From an uncultured virus (IMG/VR IMGVR_UViG_3300025410_000672) (taxonomy: Duplodnaviria; Heunggongvirae; Uroviricota; Caudoviricetes), in IMG/VR virus record IMGVR_UViG_3300025410_000672, positions 57,738 through 77,737 of that record: a stretch of DNA of 20,000 nt. One strand, written 5' to 3'. Within the stretch, counting starts at the first letter, position 1, and each line of letters opens with the position of its first letter. Under the pieces are notes generated by a model. The model was not told the DNA's origin. It was given only the letters and a program-made list of their open reading frames with translations, and did no database searches. A program made the position numbers and the translations under genes. Of this stretch, positions 5,735 through 14,402 are shown piece after piece.

Positions 5735-7090
5735 ATGAGCAAGTCTAAAGACATAACGAAGACTCCGTTTGACCCTAGTGAAGGTTGGAAAAGTCGCAAA
5801 GTGCCTTTGGTTCAGGTTGCTAGAAATATTAATAAAAGATTAAAAATTAAAAAGCCAAATACTTCTTTTAATTATAAAGATGTGTTAAAATTTGATTGGG
5901 TACCTGTTAAGAAATGTATTCTTAATTATGACCGGCAGAGATATCCAGAGCCAACTCACATTGAAAAATTGTTGATTAAATGGAATATTATTTGTGCTAC
6001 CCCTTTACAGGCTAGATATAGTAAAGAAGAAGATTTGTATTATATTGCAGACGGGCAACAACACGGTATTGGTTGGGTTTTGCAATATGGTGAAGATAGT
6101 CTTGTTCCAGTTTGTTATGTTGAGAGTGAAGATGAAAATATTGAATCTATTCAACTTCTTGCTCTCAATACTGATTCTGAACCTATGGCAAAGTATTTTA
6201 TCCATAAGCAGAAATGTATAATGGGAGATGCTGAGTCTATTGCTCTCGAGAATACAGTCGTTAATGCCGGATGTTCAACTGGATATAACAAGAGGGCGCC
6301 TGGCGTTATTACTCTTATCAATGACTTACTGATTGCTCAAAAGGATTATGGATTAGAAGATCTAGGAAAAGTTCTTTCTTTTATGAGGAGACATTTTCCT
6401 ACTGAAAAAATTCATACTGCTAATATGTTAGGGTTTCTTAAAGTTAAAGAACTTCTTACACTCGAACAGAAGTATAGTGATACACTGTTTGAGGATATCT
6501 TTAATGCATCTACTGATTACTTCGATGCAGGTGATGCCTTACATAACAATATTAAAAGAGAATTTGAAATTTTATATCCAACAAATTACAGAGGCATGGG
6601 AGTTAGAGAAAAAGTTGCTAGTGGAATTATTAGTATCTATGAAAAAATCGAAGGGAAAGAACTTTGTTCAAAACCCTTTAATGTAGATATGCCTTATAAT
6701 AAAAATATACCTAACTACGATCCTAGCACTTATCATACTTGGAAATTATATCGTACCGTTTGTAAAACTGAGGACTTCCGTCCAGTTTGGGCTCACAAAA
6801 ATGCAGATAAATGGGGGGTAGAATACAATGACTTTCTTCCTCTTTGTCACGATACTTGTTCTTGCTGTGGTAGTGAACTTGACTATGGTTTAGGGAAAAA
6901 TAATAATAATAAGTTAGATGAAAATACTCCTTCAACTGATCATCGTATTCCTCGTAGTAAGGGAGGAACAAATGATGTAACTAATCTTCAGGTTATATGT
7001 ATGAAATGTAACACATTAAAAAGTAATTCTACTCCTGATGATATTCCACGATACAAGAAGATTATCGAGATGCACGAGAGTGTCAACTAA
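5735..7090 (+). CDS. ParB/Srx-like (DGQHR-type) domain fused to a C-terminal Zn-binding HNH endonuclease
   Basis: N-terminal RQR...YYIADGQQH motif; C-terminal CSCCG...STDHRIPRSKGGTNDVTNLQVICMKCNTLK. GGAG SD favours ATG 5735. Confidence 0.75.
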   Translation: MSKSKDITKTPFDPSEGWKSRKVPLVQVARNINKRLKIKKPNTSFNYKDVLKFDWVPVKKCILNYDRQRYPEPTHIEKLLIKWNIICATPLQARYSKEEDLYYIADGQQHGIGWVLQYGEDSLVPVCYVESEDENIESIQLLALNTDSEPMAKYFIHKQKCIMGDAESIALENTVVNAGCSTGYNKRAPGVITLINDLLIAQKDYGLEDLGKVLSFMRRHFPTEKIHTANMLGFLKVKELLTLEQKYSDTLFEDIFNASTDYFDAGDALHNNIKREFEILYPTNYRGMGVREKVASGIISIYEKIEGKELCSKPFNVDMPYNKNIPNYDPSTYHTWKLYRTVCKTEDFRPVWAHKNADKWGVEYNDFLPLCHDTCSCCGSELDYGLGKNNNNKLDENTPSTDHRIPRSKGGTNDVTNLQVICMKCNTLKSNSTPDDIPRYKKIIEMHESVN

Positions 7091-7147
7091 AAATGTGTTA
7101 AATCTGCAACACCGTTAATAAAGATTAACAATATGTGAAAAAACACA

Positions 7148-7176
7148 TTGACGTTAACCATTATAACCGCTAAAGT
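7148..7176 (+). promoter_or_regulatory. Sigma70-like promoter of the porin gene
   Basis: TTGACG-N17-TAAAGT, with a GCTA -10 context as in alphaproteobacterial RpoD promoters. Confidence 0.5.
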
Positions 7177-7204
7177 AGAAAATGTAACAAAGAGGAGAAG
7201 TTAT

Positions 7205-7993
7205 ATGAAAAAGACAGTTACTACTTTGCTTGCTTCGGCAGCATTAATTAGCGCAGCTCAGGCAGCCGATCTTCCAAGCAGGAAGGCACCTGTTGCTCCG
7301 CCTCCACCAGTTTTTACTTGGACTGGTGCTTATGTAGGTGCTAATGTCGGCGGTGGATGGAAGTCCAACGGCAATGGCAACGTTTATGCTTTTAATCCAA
7401 ATACATGGCAGAATGTTCTTTGGTCACGCAACGGCAATGGTAATGCTGGTGTTGTTGGAGGCATTCAGGCTGGTTATAACTACCAGATCGGTTCGATGTT
7501 TGTTGTTGGTGCTGAAACTGACTTTCAAGGCTCAACAATCAGCGGCGGTTCAAATAGTGCTTATAACGTAGCAGCCGTTAACGCAGTTTACCCAGGTTGG
7601 GTTGCTGGATATACAGGCGGTAACAACCTTAATTGGTTTGGTACTGTTCGTGGTAGAGTTGGTGTTGTTCCGCTAATGCCTACTTTACTTGTTTATGGTA
7701 CAGGTGGTTTTGCTTACGGCAACGTTTCAAGCAATGGTACATATGGTTCACAGAATGCTACACAGACGGGCTGGACAGCCGGCGGCGGCGTCGAGTGGGC
7801 TTTTGCTCCTGCTTGGTCCGTTAAGGCAGAATACCTCTACACAGATATTAGCGGTGGCAATCAGAACAAATTGTTTAACAGTCCTGCTTCTTTAAACAAT
7901 GTTAATAACAGCACAAAGTTCAATACAGTACGTGCTGGTGTTAACTATCACTTTAATGCAAGTGATGTTCTTCCAGTACTTGCTAAGTACTGA
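7205..7993 (+). CDS. Outer-membrane beta-barrel protein, Omp25/Omp31/RopB family
   Basis: GAGGAG SD; signal peptide then ADLPSRKAP..PPPVFTWTG.YVG.NVG; WFGTVRGRVG, LLVYGTGGFAYG, GWTAGGGVEWAF, SVKAEYLY, VRAGVNYHF...PVLAKY. Confidence 0.92.
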   Translation: MKKTVTTLLASAALISAAQAADLPSRKAPVAPPPPVFTWTGAYVGANVGGGWKSNGNGNVYAFNPNTWQNVLWSRNGNGNAGVVGGIQAGYNYQIGSMFVVGAETDFQGSTISGGSNSAYNVAAVNAVYPGWVAGYTGGNNLNWFGTVRGRVGVVPLMPTLLVYGTGGFAYGNVSSNGTYGSQNATQTGWTAGGGVEWAFAPAWSVKAEYLYTDISGGNQNKLFNSPASLNNVNNSTKFNTVRAGVNYHFNASDVLPVLAKY

Positions 7994-8001
7994 GTTAAAA
8001 A

Positions 8002-8023
8002 GAGTAGCCCTACGGGGCTACTC
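8002..8023. terminator. Stem-loop, probable intrinsic terminator
   Basis: GAGTAGCCC-TACG-GGGCTACTC: 9-bp stem with a C(UACG)G tetraloop right after the porin stop. A-tract on the 5' side; weak U-tract on the plus strand. Confidence 0.7.
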
Positions 8024-8038
8024 ACTTAAATATTCCGC

Positions 8039-8113
8039 GGGCGGTTGGCACAGTGGAAGCGCATCTGGTTTACACCCAGAGGGTCGGGAGTTCGAACCTC
8101 TCACCGCCCACCA
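8039..8113 (+). tRNA. tRNA-Val (TAC)
   Basis: GGGCGGT/ACCGCCC acceptor, anticodon arm TCTGG-TTTACAC-CCAGA, A73, CCA; TAAATA 6 nt upstream. Confidence 0.94.
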
Positions 8114-8127
8114 TAACTAAATACAAT

Positions 8128-8517
8128 ATGAGAGAATTAAGAAAACTTGCCCAACTAGTTGAGGCTAACAGCGGATCAATGCAACAAGATGTTGCTGCGG
8201 CTATTCCAGCACTCTATGTTGTACCATCTTTAACAAACGGAAATCCTTATTATCAATACAGAGTGGGATTGGCATTTGCTGCTGCTCGTGCTAACGAACA
8301 AGGATTAGTTCCCGAAGTAGATAAATCTAGTGTGTATGGAGAAAATATGGTTCTCGTGGCAGATACCGAAGAAGAACGAAGAACTCTCGAACTAGCATTT
8401 AAAATGATGGGTGTTACCGATGCTAAAATGATCACAACTTCTACTAGCGATGAGGCAAAAGATGTTTCTAAAGTTAGTCCGGTTGCTAAATTTGTTCCAA
8501 CTAAACGCCCTAGGTAA
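8128..8517 (+). CDS. Hypothetical late protein
   Basis: Start moved to ATG 8128 because the track start overlaps tRNA-Val; TAAATA 4 nt upstream. Confidence 0.7.
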   Translation: MRELRKLAQLVEANSGSMQQDVAAAIPALYVVPSLTNGNPYYQYRVGLAFAAARANEQGLVPEVDKSSVYGENMVLVADTEEERRTLELAFKMMGVTDAKMITTSTSDEAKDVSKVSPVAKFVPTKRPR

Positions 8518-8525
8518 ATAGGTTT

Positions 8526-9065
8526 ATGAACCTCAAAGATGAAGATTGTTTTTATCCCATAAACGGAGACACTTCAGTTGTTGAAAATTATTGTAAAAAT
8601 AATTTCAATAATTTTGATTTTGTATGTCCTAACGAAAATTTCAATGTTTGGAAATGTTATCATTTTAAATATGATGAGGTTAGAAAATTAATTAGTAGTG
8701 ATCCAACACTTTCAAAAATCGATCAAGTACTAGAAATTTCTCATTGTTTTGTTATGGAAATTTCTAAAAATTCTTGGGTTGGGTGGCATTTTGATTACCC
8801 TAGGAAGGGACCAGCATTAAACTTATTATTAACACCTGATGCAAGAAGTTTTTCTTTATTCACCGATACACTTTATGATATGTCAAATATTGTTGAATGT
8901 AAATATCAACCACATCAATACCTTTTATATAATACAGATTTAATTCATTCTATTGTAAACTTTGATCAACCAAGATATCTATTTTCTGCTCTCTTTAAAC
9001 GAGGAAAAGAAAATCTAGTTTGGCAAGAAGCTATAATGTTACTAGATAATATAAAATATGATTAA
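8526..9065 (+). CDS. 2OG-Fe(II) oxygenase/cupin-like protein (paralog 1)
   Basis: WHFD...ALN...YNTDLIHSIVN...RYLFS: HxD...H triad plus distal Arg. Confidence 0.72.
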   Translation: MNLKDEDCFYPINGDTSVVENYCKNNFNNFDFVCPNENFNVWKCYHFKYDEVRKLISSDPTLSKIDQVLEISHCFVMEISKNSWVGWHFDYPRKGPALNLLLTPDARSFSLFTDTLYDMSNIVECKYQPHQYLLYNTDLIHSIVNFDQPRYLFSALFKRGKENLVWQEAIMLLDNIKYD

Positions 9066-9570
9066 TCAACGAGATTGTTTTTACAAACTTACTACAGATA
9101 CAAAAAATATTACAGATTATTTTAAAAATAATTTTAATAATTTAAATTGGCACGAGCATGAATCACTTTGGAATTTATCGTTTGTACCATTAGAAACTTT
9201 ATTAGAAAATAAAACACTTGCAAAAATTCACAAACAATTCGAAATAGAAGGTGCTGGATTTATAAAAATGGATCCAGAACAATGTTATAAATGGCACGTA
9301 GACTATAGTAGAGGACCTGCTATTAATATGCAAATGAATCCAGAAATTCAAAGTCTTTGTTTATTTGAAACAGAAGAATTAAACAAAGAAAGAATAAGAT
9401 ATCTCGAATTAAAATATCAACTAGATACTTTTTATCTATTCAATACTCAAATTAATCATACCATTATAACTTTTTCTGAAACAAGATATTTGTTTACACT
9501 ACAATTTAAAAAAACAAAAGAAGAACTTTCCTATTATGATGTCCTAAAATTTTGGACCGACTTGACATAA
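9058..9570 (+). CDS. 2OG-Fe(II) oxygenase/cupin-like protein (paralog 2)
   Basis: WHVD...AIN...FNTQINHTIIT...RYLFT; collinear with the upstream gene. Confidence 0.72.
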   Translation: MINQRDCFYKLTTDTKNITDYFKNNFNNLNWHEHESLWNLSFVPLETLLENKTLAKIHKQFEIEGAGFIKMDPEQCYKWHVDYSRGPAINMQMNPEIQSLCLFETEELNKERIRYLELKYQLDTFYLFNTQINHTIITFSETRYLFTLQFKKTKEELSYYDVLKFWTDLT

Positions 9571-9589
9571 TTTGTAACTAGTGTATACT
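9562..9589 (+). promoter_or_regulatory. Sigma70-like (early) promoter
   Basis: TTGACA-N16-TATACT followed by an AGGAG SD. Confidence 0.65.
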
Positions 9590-9611
9590 GTTACAGTAAT
9601 AGGAGAGACGC

Positions 9612-10853
9612 ATGGCAAGAGCAGCAACTAAAAAAAGTTCGGGTGGTAAAATTAATTTGGCTCCGAGAGCCAAAAAGAAAAAGGTTACTCGAAACCCTCT
9701 CTTTATGGATGAAAAATATACAGGTCCAGAACCAGAATGGGATGGGTGGGAATCTTGGTCATTTGAAAAATTCAAAAAGGTTCGTCACTGGGGCTACTTC
9801 TATTACAACTACTTTAGCAATGCTAAAGAAATGATTCCACAAATCACAAAATGGATGGGAGAAAATGGATATTCAAAAGACGATATCAAAGCGTTCAAGA
9901 CTGCTCCAGATCATCGCTGTTCCGTTACAATGGGATCCGCTGCTAGTATGCTACTCCGCGGCATGCCTGCTAATCATCCTGAAGATTCTGATAATGATAC
10001 AGCATCTTGGTTAAAGAATAAAATTACTCCTATTATCGAAGAAGGACAAGAAATCTTAAAAACACAGAAATCAGAAGAAAAGGTAGGAGGCTATGTTCCT
10101 TCGATTCAAGAACGTATCCGTGAGGCTACTTATACTCACATGGAAGATATTATTGACTGGTTGGAGACTTGGTTGGTTGATCCTACAAAGTTTGATTCAA
10201 AAGAAATGAACATAATCAACTACTTTAAAGGTAAAGAAATTAACCAATCTCATGCTCGTATTATTCGAGATTTTTACGAACCTATACATAAAGAATTTAC
10301 ACTACTTGTTAATCCTCCAAAAATTAAAGATGAGGAGTATGCTCAATTAGTAGAAGGTTATCGTGTTTATACAAAGCCTCAGTTAAAAAGTATGTTAGAG
10401 GCACTTGAGTCTATTATGAGTGCTACTAATATGTTCTTACAACAGGCTAAAGTTAACCGCAAGCCTCGTGCTAAAAAGTCTCCTAGTAAGGAAAAACTTG
10501 TTAGCAAACTCAAATTTAAGACACATGACGATCGTTATAAACTTGTCAGCATTAAACCTGAAGAAGCAGCACAGGCTCTTGAACTTTGGGTATTTAATAC
10601 AAAAACCCGTAAATTAGGGGTATATGTAGCAAGTGACGCTGCGGCACTTAGCGTTAAAGGTACAACTATAATTAACTTCAATGAGCAGAAGAGTATTGCT
10701 AAGACACTCCGCAAGCCCGAAGAACAGTTGAAAGATGTTAATAAACTGCCAAAGACTAAGTTACGTAAACTATTTGATGATGTGAATAGCGTAGAAACTA
10801 AGATGAACGGACGTATAAACGCAGATGTAATCTTGCTCAAAAGTTATACTTAA
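9612..10853 (+). CDS. Large Lys-rich hypothetical phage protein (413 aa)
   Basis: Long ORF with promoter and AGGAG SD; no catalytic motif recognised. Confidence 0.8.
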   Translation: MARAATKKSSGGKINLAPRAKKKKVTRNPLFMDEKYTGPEPEWDGWESWSFEKFKKVRHWGYFYYNYFSNAKEMIPQITKWMGENGYSKDDIKAFKTAPDHRCSVTMGSAASMLLRGMPANHPEDSDNDTASWLKNKITPIIEEGQEILKTQKSEEKVGGYVPSIQERIREATYTHMEDIIDWLETWLVDPTKFDSKEMNIINYFKGKEINQSHARIIRDFYEPIHKEFTLLVNPPKIKDEEYAQLVEGYRVYTKPQLKSMLEALESIMSATNMFLQQAKVNRKPRAKKSPSKEKLVSKLKFKTHDDRYKLVSIKPEEAAQALELWVFNTKTRKLGVYVASDAAALSVKGTTIINFNEQKSIAKTLRKPEEQLKDVNKLPKTKLRKLFDDVNSVETKMNGRINADVILLKSYT

Positions 10854-10895
10854 CCCCACTAAAGGGCATGATAAATATTGTTAACGATAGGAATC

Positions 10896-12536
10896 ATGCC
10901 CTTGTCTGATCAATCTTTTAAGAATATACCCGACGACTCTATAAGTGGGGATAAAATTCACGGAGGAGAAATTAGTTCTTTTTCAAGTACAGGTATTTCT
11001 GATCTTTCTTCTAAAACTACATTAACAGTTACAGATGGTCGTATAATTGTCGATGCTGTTAGAACAAATTCTTTAGAAGGAAATATAACAGTTAATGGCA
11101 GTATAACTGTACAAAAACATGTTTCTATATATGAAGATAGTATATTTCATCATAATTTAACTGTAGGGAACGACATTATTGTTCAAGGAGAACTTAGAGT
11201 ACCCACTCTATATGCCGATAAAATAATTACAAAAACAAAATTAGATCAAAAAGATCCTGTTATATTTTCAATCAAAGATGGCGGTATCGATAATAAAGGA
11301 CTAATTTGGAAAAGATCTGACGAGGATACAAGTTTACTTGTTTACAAAAAAGATCCAGATAGACTCTTTACTAATTTAGACATAGATTTATACCGTGATA
11401 ATTCATACCATATAGATGGCACTTCTGTTATAACCAAAGATACATTAGGACCAACTGTTATTAAAAGTAGTTTAAGAAAACTTGGAAGACTATCAAATCT
11501 TATTGTAGACGGAGAAGTATCACTAGGTGAACATTTCTTTTATAATCCTTTATCAAATAGAATAGGAATAGGAACAGACAAAGCCTCTGCTGCTTTAAGT
11601 TTAGTCGACGAAGGTATTGAATTTGTTATAGGAACACTTGAAGACAATGTAGGTAACTTTGGAACATTTACTAGTCATGACTTAGGTATAATTACAGATG
11701 GCGTTACTAGGGTTAAAATATCAAGAACCGGAAGAATAACATTTGGTGATCCAAAAGCATCAAATGCCGATGTTATAGTAAATGGAAAATTATTTGTAAA
11801 AGAATTAATAATTGATAAAAAGAATGAAAGATCAGATGCTTTAGATTTTAAAGCAGAACCAAATACTTCAAATTATGGAAAAGGTATGATCTTTACAGGT
11901 GACGGAATAACAAAACAATTTGTTTTAGCAGCACAACCTGATCAATTATACAGTACAGAAAATATTAATATACAAAGAGGAAAAAGTTATTATATAAACA
12001 GAAATGAAGTATTATCAGAAACAGAATTAGGAAACACAGTTACAAAAAGCAGTTTAACAGAATTAGGCACTCTCAAATTTCTTACAGTCGACGGTACTAC
12101 TAGTTTCAGTGGAGTATTAGGTGTTGTTAATAAAAAAGTTTATATAGGTAAAACTTTATTTGATACTAGTAATGGTCTTAATATAATTGGAGAAAATCTT
12201 AAATTAACAACAAACGATCAAACAATTTCTTTATCAAATGATTATATTTCTTTTGGTGATAAAGATTCTCCTAATGCAAATGTTATAGTAAATGGTAAAC
12301 TAGGTGTAGGAATACAAAAAATTAGCAATGATGCTCAATTTGAAGTTGCTGGAAATATTAGATTTACAGATAAATTATTTGCTGTAGGATCGCAAGCACC
12401 TAAAGATGGCAATTATAAACAAGGCGATATTGTTTGGAACGATTCTCCGAAAGAAACCGGTTACGTTGGTTGGGTATGTATTAGAAGTGGTAACCCAGGT
12501 ATATGGAGAGGGTTCGGACAAGTTGGGGTTGAATAG
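10896..12536 (+). CDS. Virion structural / tail fibre-like protein with internal duplication
   Basis: TAAATA upstream; beta-rich; NRIGIGT and KLGVGI fibre motifs; C-terminal GDIVWN..P...GYVGWVC..SG.PG.W..FG; start taken as ATG 10896. Confidence 0.7.
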   Translation: MPLSDQSFKNIPDDSISGDKIHGGEISSFSSTGISDLSSKTTLTVTDGRIIVDAVRTNSLEGNITVNGSITVQKHVSIYEDSIFHHNLTVGNDIIVQGELRVPTLYADKIITKTKLDQKDPVIFSIKDGGIDNKGLIWKRSDEDTSLLVYKKDPDRLFTNLDIDLYRDNSYHIDGTSVITKDTLGPTVIKSSLRKLGRLSNLIVDGEVSLGEHFFYNPLSNRIGIGTDKASAALSLVDEGIEFVIGTLEDNVGNFGTFTSHDLGIITDGVTRVKISRTGRITFGDPKASNADVIVNGKLFVKELIIDKKNERSDALDFKAEPNTSNYGKGMIFTGDGITKQFVLAAQPDQLYSTENINIQRGKSYYINRNEVLSETELGNTVTKSSLTELGTLKFLTVDGTTSFSGVLGVVNKKVYIGKTLFDTSNGLNIIGENLKLTTNDQTISLSNDYISFGDKDSPNANVIVNGKLGVGIQKISNDAQFEVAGNIRFTDKLFAVGSQAPKDGNYKQGDIVWNDSPKETGYVGWVCIRSGNPGIWRGFGQVGVE

Positions 12537-12839
12537 TTGGATACAAAATATATATTATGGCAAATCAAATTATGGGATAGATTTGCCAAATTAACCCCCT
12601 TTATTATAGCAATTTCTGCAACAGTATTTTATTTTTTAGGATATACTGATTGGGAATTAATAACAAATGTATGTATAACATTTTTTGTTTCACTAGCTAT
12701 TGCTTGGTGGTTTTGGGTAATTTACACTATGGCATCTATTGTAGTAGTATTAAATCATTCTGGAAAAAGTTTAGAAGAAGTTATCGACGAATTGAAAGAA
12801 ATAAAAAAAATTATTCGTCAAGAAAAAGAAAAATTATAA
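12537..12839 (+). CDS. Two-TM membrane protein with charged coiled-coil C-terminus (holin-like topology)
   Basis: Two hydrophobic stretches followed by LEEVIDELKEIKKIIRQEKEKL; TTG start abutting the previous stop. Confidence 0.6.
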   Translation: MDTKYILWQIKLWDRFAKLTPFIIAISATVFYFLGYTDWELITNVCITFFVSLAIAWWFWVIYTMASIVVVLNHSGKSLEEVIDELKEIKKIIRQEKEKL

Positions 12840-13046
12840 TTTTGGCCATTTATTAATAGGACAATCTGTAAAATAAAGATAAGTTTTAACTGGAAGAAAA
12901 CATTTACATATTTTACACATTTTAAATCCAGTTATATTAGGACACTTTTCACATATTTCTATACGCTGTTGCCGAATAGATTTTTCTACCTCCCGATTTC
13001 CAGTAGGTCTATGTTCTTGATCATTCCAATCAGGTATACCAACCAT
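12834..13046 (-). CDS. Small Cys-rich metal-binding protein (DUF6171-like)
   Basis: R..ICEKC......CKICKCFLPVK......CP..KW pattern; ATG at 13046 with TAAATA 5 nt upstream on the minus strand. Confidence 0.7.
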   Translation of the reverse strand: MVGIPDWNDQEHRPTGNREVEKSIRQQRIEICEKCPNITGFKMCKICKCFLPVKTYLYFTDCPINKWPKL

Positions 13047-13109
13047 AAAATTATTTAATTGATTTTTTAAAATACATATATTATAATTGTAAATATTCAG
13101 GAGTTCTTT

Positions 13110-13586
13110 ATGGCAAAATACATCTCTACAAAAACTTATAGGCAAATAGGGCCAGTAGCATATAGACAATGGCGTGCCGATAGTCATTGTAATCTTATTC
13201 ACGGATACGCACTAAGTTTTCATTTTGAATTTGAGTGCGATACGCTAGATACTCGCAACTGGTGTATGGACTTTGGCGGTCTTAAACCACTAAAAGCATT
13301 GCTGGAGGATTGGTTTGACCATACGCTATTAGTTGCTGAAGATGACCCACAACGTGATGAACTATTGCGACTCGGTACGCTGGGACTTGCAAAAATCACT
13401 GAGGTATCTAAAACTGGATGTGAAGGTCTAGCGGACTTCCTCTACGAATATGTAAATACGATCTTTTTGCCGAACTACGGTGCTGAAGAAGCAAAACGTA
13501 TTTGGTGTTGTAAAGTAGAAGTGAGAGAGACTGATTCCAACATGGCTATGCGTGTTGGACATAGAGAGGACAAAGAATTTGATTGA
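13110..13586 (+). CDS. queD: 6-carboxy-5,6,7,8-tetrahydropterin synthase (QueD/PTPS family)
   Basis: CNLIHGY, MDFGGLK, FDHTLL, GCEGLA and VEVRET motifs; AGGAG SD. Confidence 0.9.
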   Translation: MAKYISTKTYRQIGPVAYRQWRADSHCNLIHGYALSFHFEFECDTLDTRNWCMDFGGLKPLKALLEDWFDHTLLVAEDDPQRDELLRLGTLGLAKITEVSKTGCEGLADFLYEYVNTIFLPNYGAEEAKRIWCCKVEVRETDSNMAMRVGHREDKEFD

Positions 13587-14394
13587 TATTCACAGTACTC
13601 TTGTAGATAATACATTACCATTTGTTCTTATAGCAGGTCCTTGTCAAATAGAAAGCAGAGATCATGCTCACTTCACCGCGGCTGCTATTAAAGAGATTTG
13701 TAAAGAATTAGATATTAAACTTATCTATAAGAGTAGTTATGATAAAGCGAATCGCAGTAGTATTAAAGGAAAAAGAGGAATTGGTATTGAAGCAGGATTA
13801 GAAATTCTTCTCGAGATTAAAAAAGAACATAATCTTCCTATTATAACCGATGTTCATGAAGTTTGGCAAGTTGATATGGTTAAACATGTTGTTGATGTTA
13901 TACAAATTCCTGCTTTTCTTTGCCGTCAAACAGATTTGTTAATAGCATGTGGTAATACAGGACTTCCTATCAATGTTAAAAAAGGACAATTCTTATCACC
14001 ATATGATATGAAAAATGTTGCTGATAAAATTGCCAGCACAGGTAATAACAAAATTATGCTATGTGAACGTGGAACTAGTTTTGGTTATAATAATCTTGTT
14101 GTAGATTTTCGTGGTATTGAAATTATGAAAGAAACAGGTTATCCTGTTATCTTTGATGCTACACACTCTGTTCAACATCCTGGAGCAAACGGCGAGAGTA
14201 GTGGTGGTGATCGTCGTATGGTTTGGCCACTAGCAAAAGCAGCATGTTCTTTAGGTATTTCTGGATTATTTATGGAGATGCACGAAGACCCCGATCGTGC
14301 TCCTAGCGACGGTGCTAATATGATACATATTAAAGATGCTAAACATATTTTAACAGACTTAAGAAAGTTAGATAGATTAGTAAAAAACAATTAA
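13579..14394 (+). CDS. kdsA: 3-deoxy-8-phosphooctulonate (KDO8P) synthase
   Basis: IAGPCQIES, KSSYDKANRSS, TDVHE, QIPAFLCRQTDL, NVKKGQFL, ERG.SFGYNNLVVD, DATHSVQ, SDG. Start codon uncertain (TTG 13579 or GTG-frame 13552). Confidence 0.96.
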   Translation: MIDIHSTLVDNTLPFVLIAGPCQIESRDHAHFTAAAIKEICKELDIKLIYKSSYDKANRSSIKGKRGIGIEAGLEILLEIKKEHNLPIITDVHEVWQVDMVKHVVDVIQIPAFLCRQTDLLIACGNTGLPINVKKGQFLSPYDMKNVADKIASTGNNKIMLCERGTSFGYNNLVVDFRGIEIMKETGYPVIFDATHSVQHPGANGESSGGDRRMVWPLAKAACSLGISGLFMEMHEDPDRAPSDGANMIHIKDAKHILTDLRKLDRLVKNN

Positions 14395-14402
14395 GAAAAA
14401 AT

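Noticed and set aside
7115..7129. Possible CtrA box upstream of the porin
   Set aside because: TTAA-N6-TTAAC has a 6-nt spacer rather than the canonical 7, and such motifs are common in AT-rich DNA.
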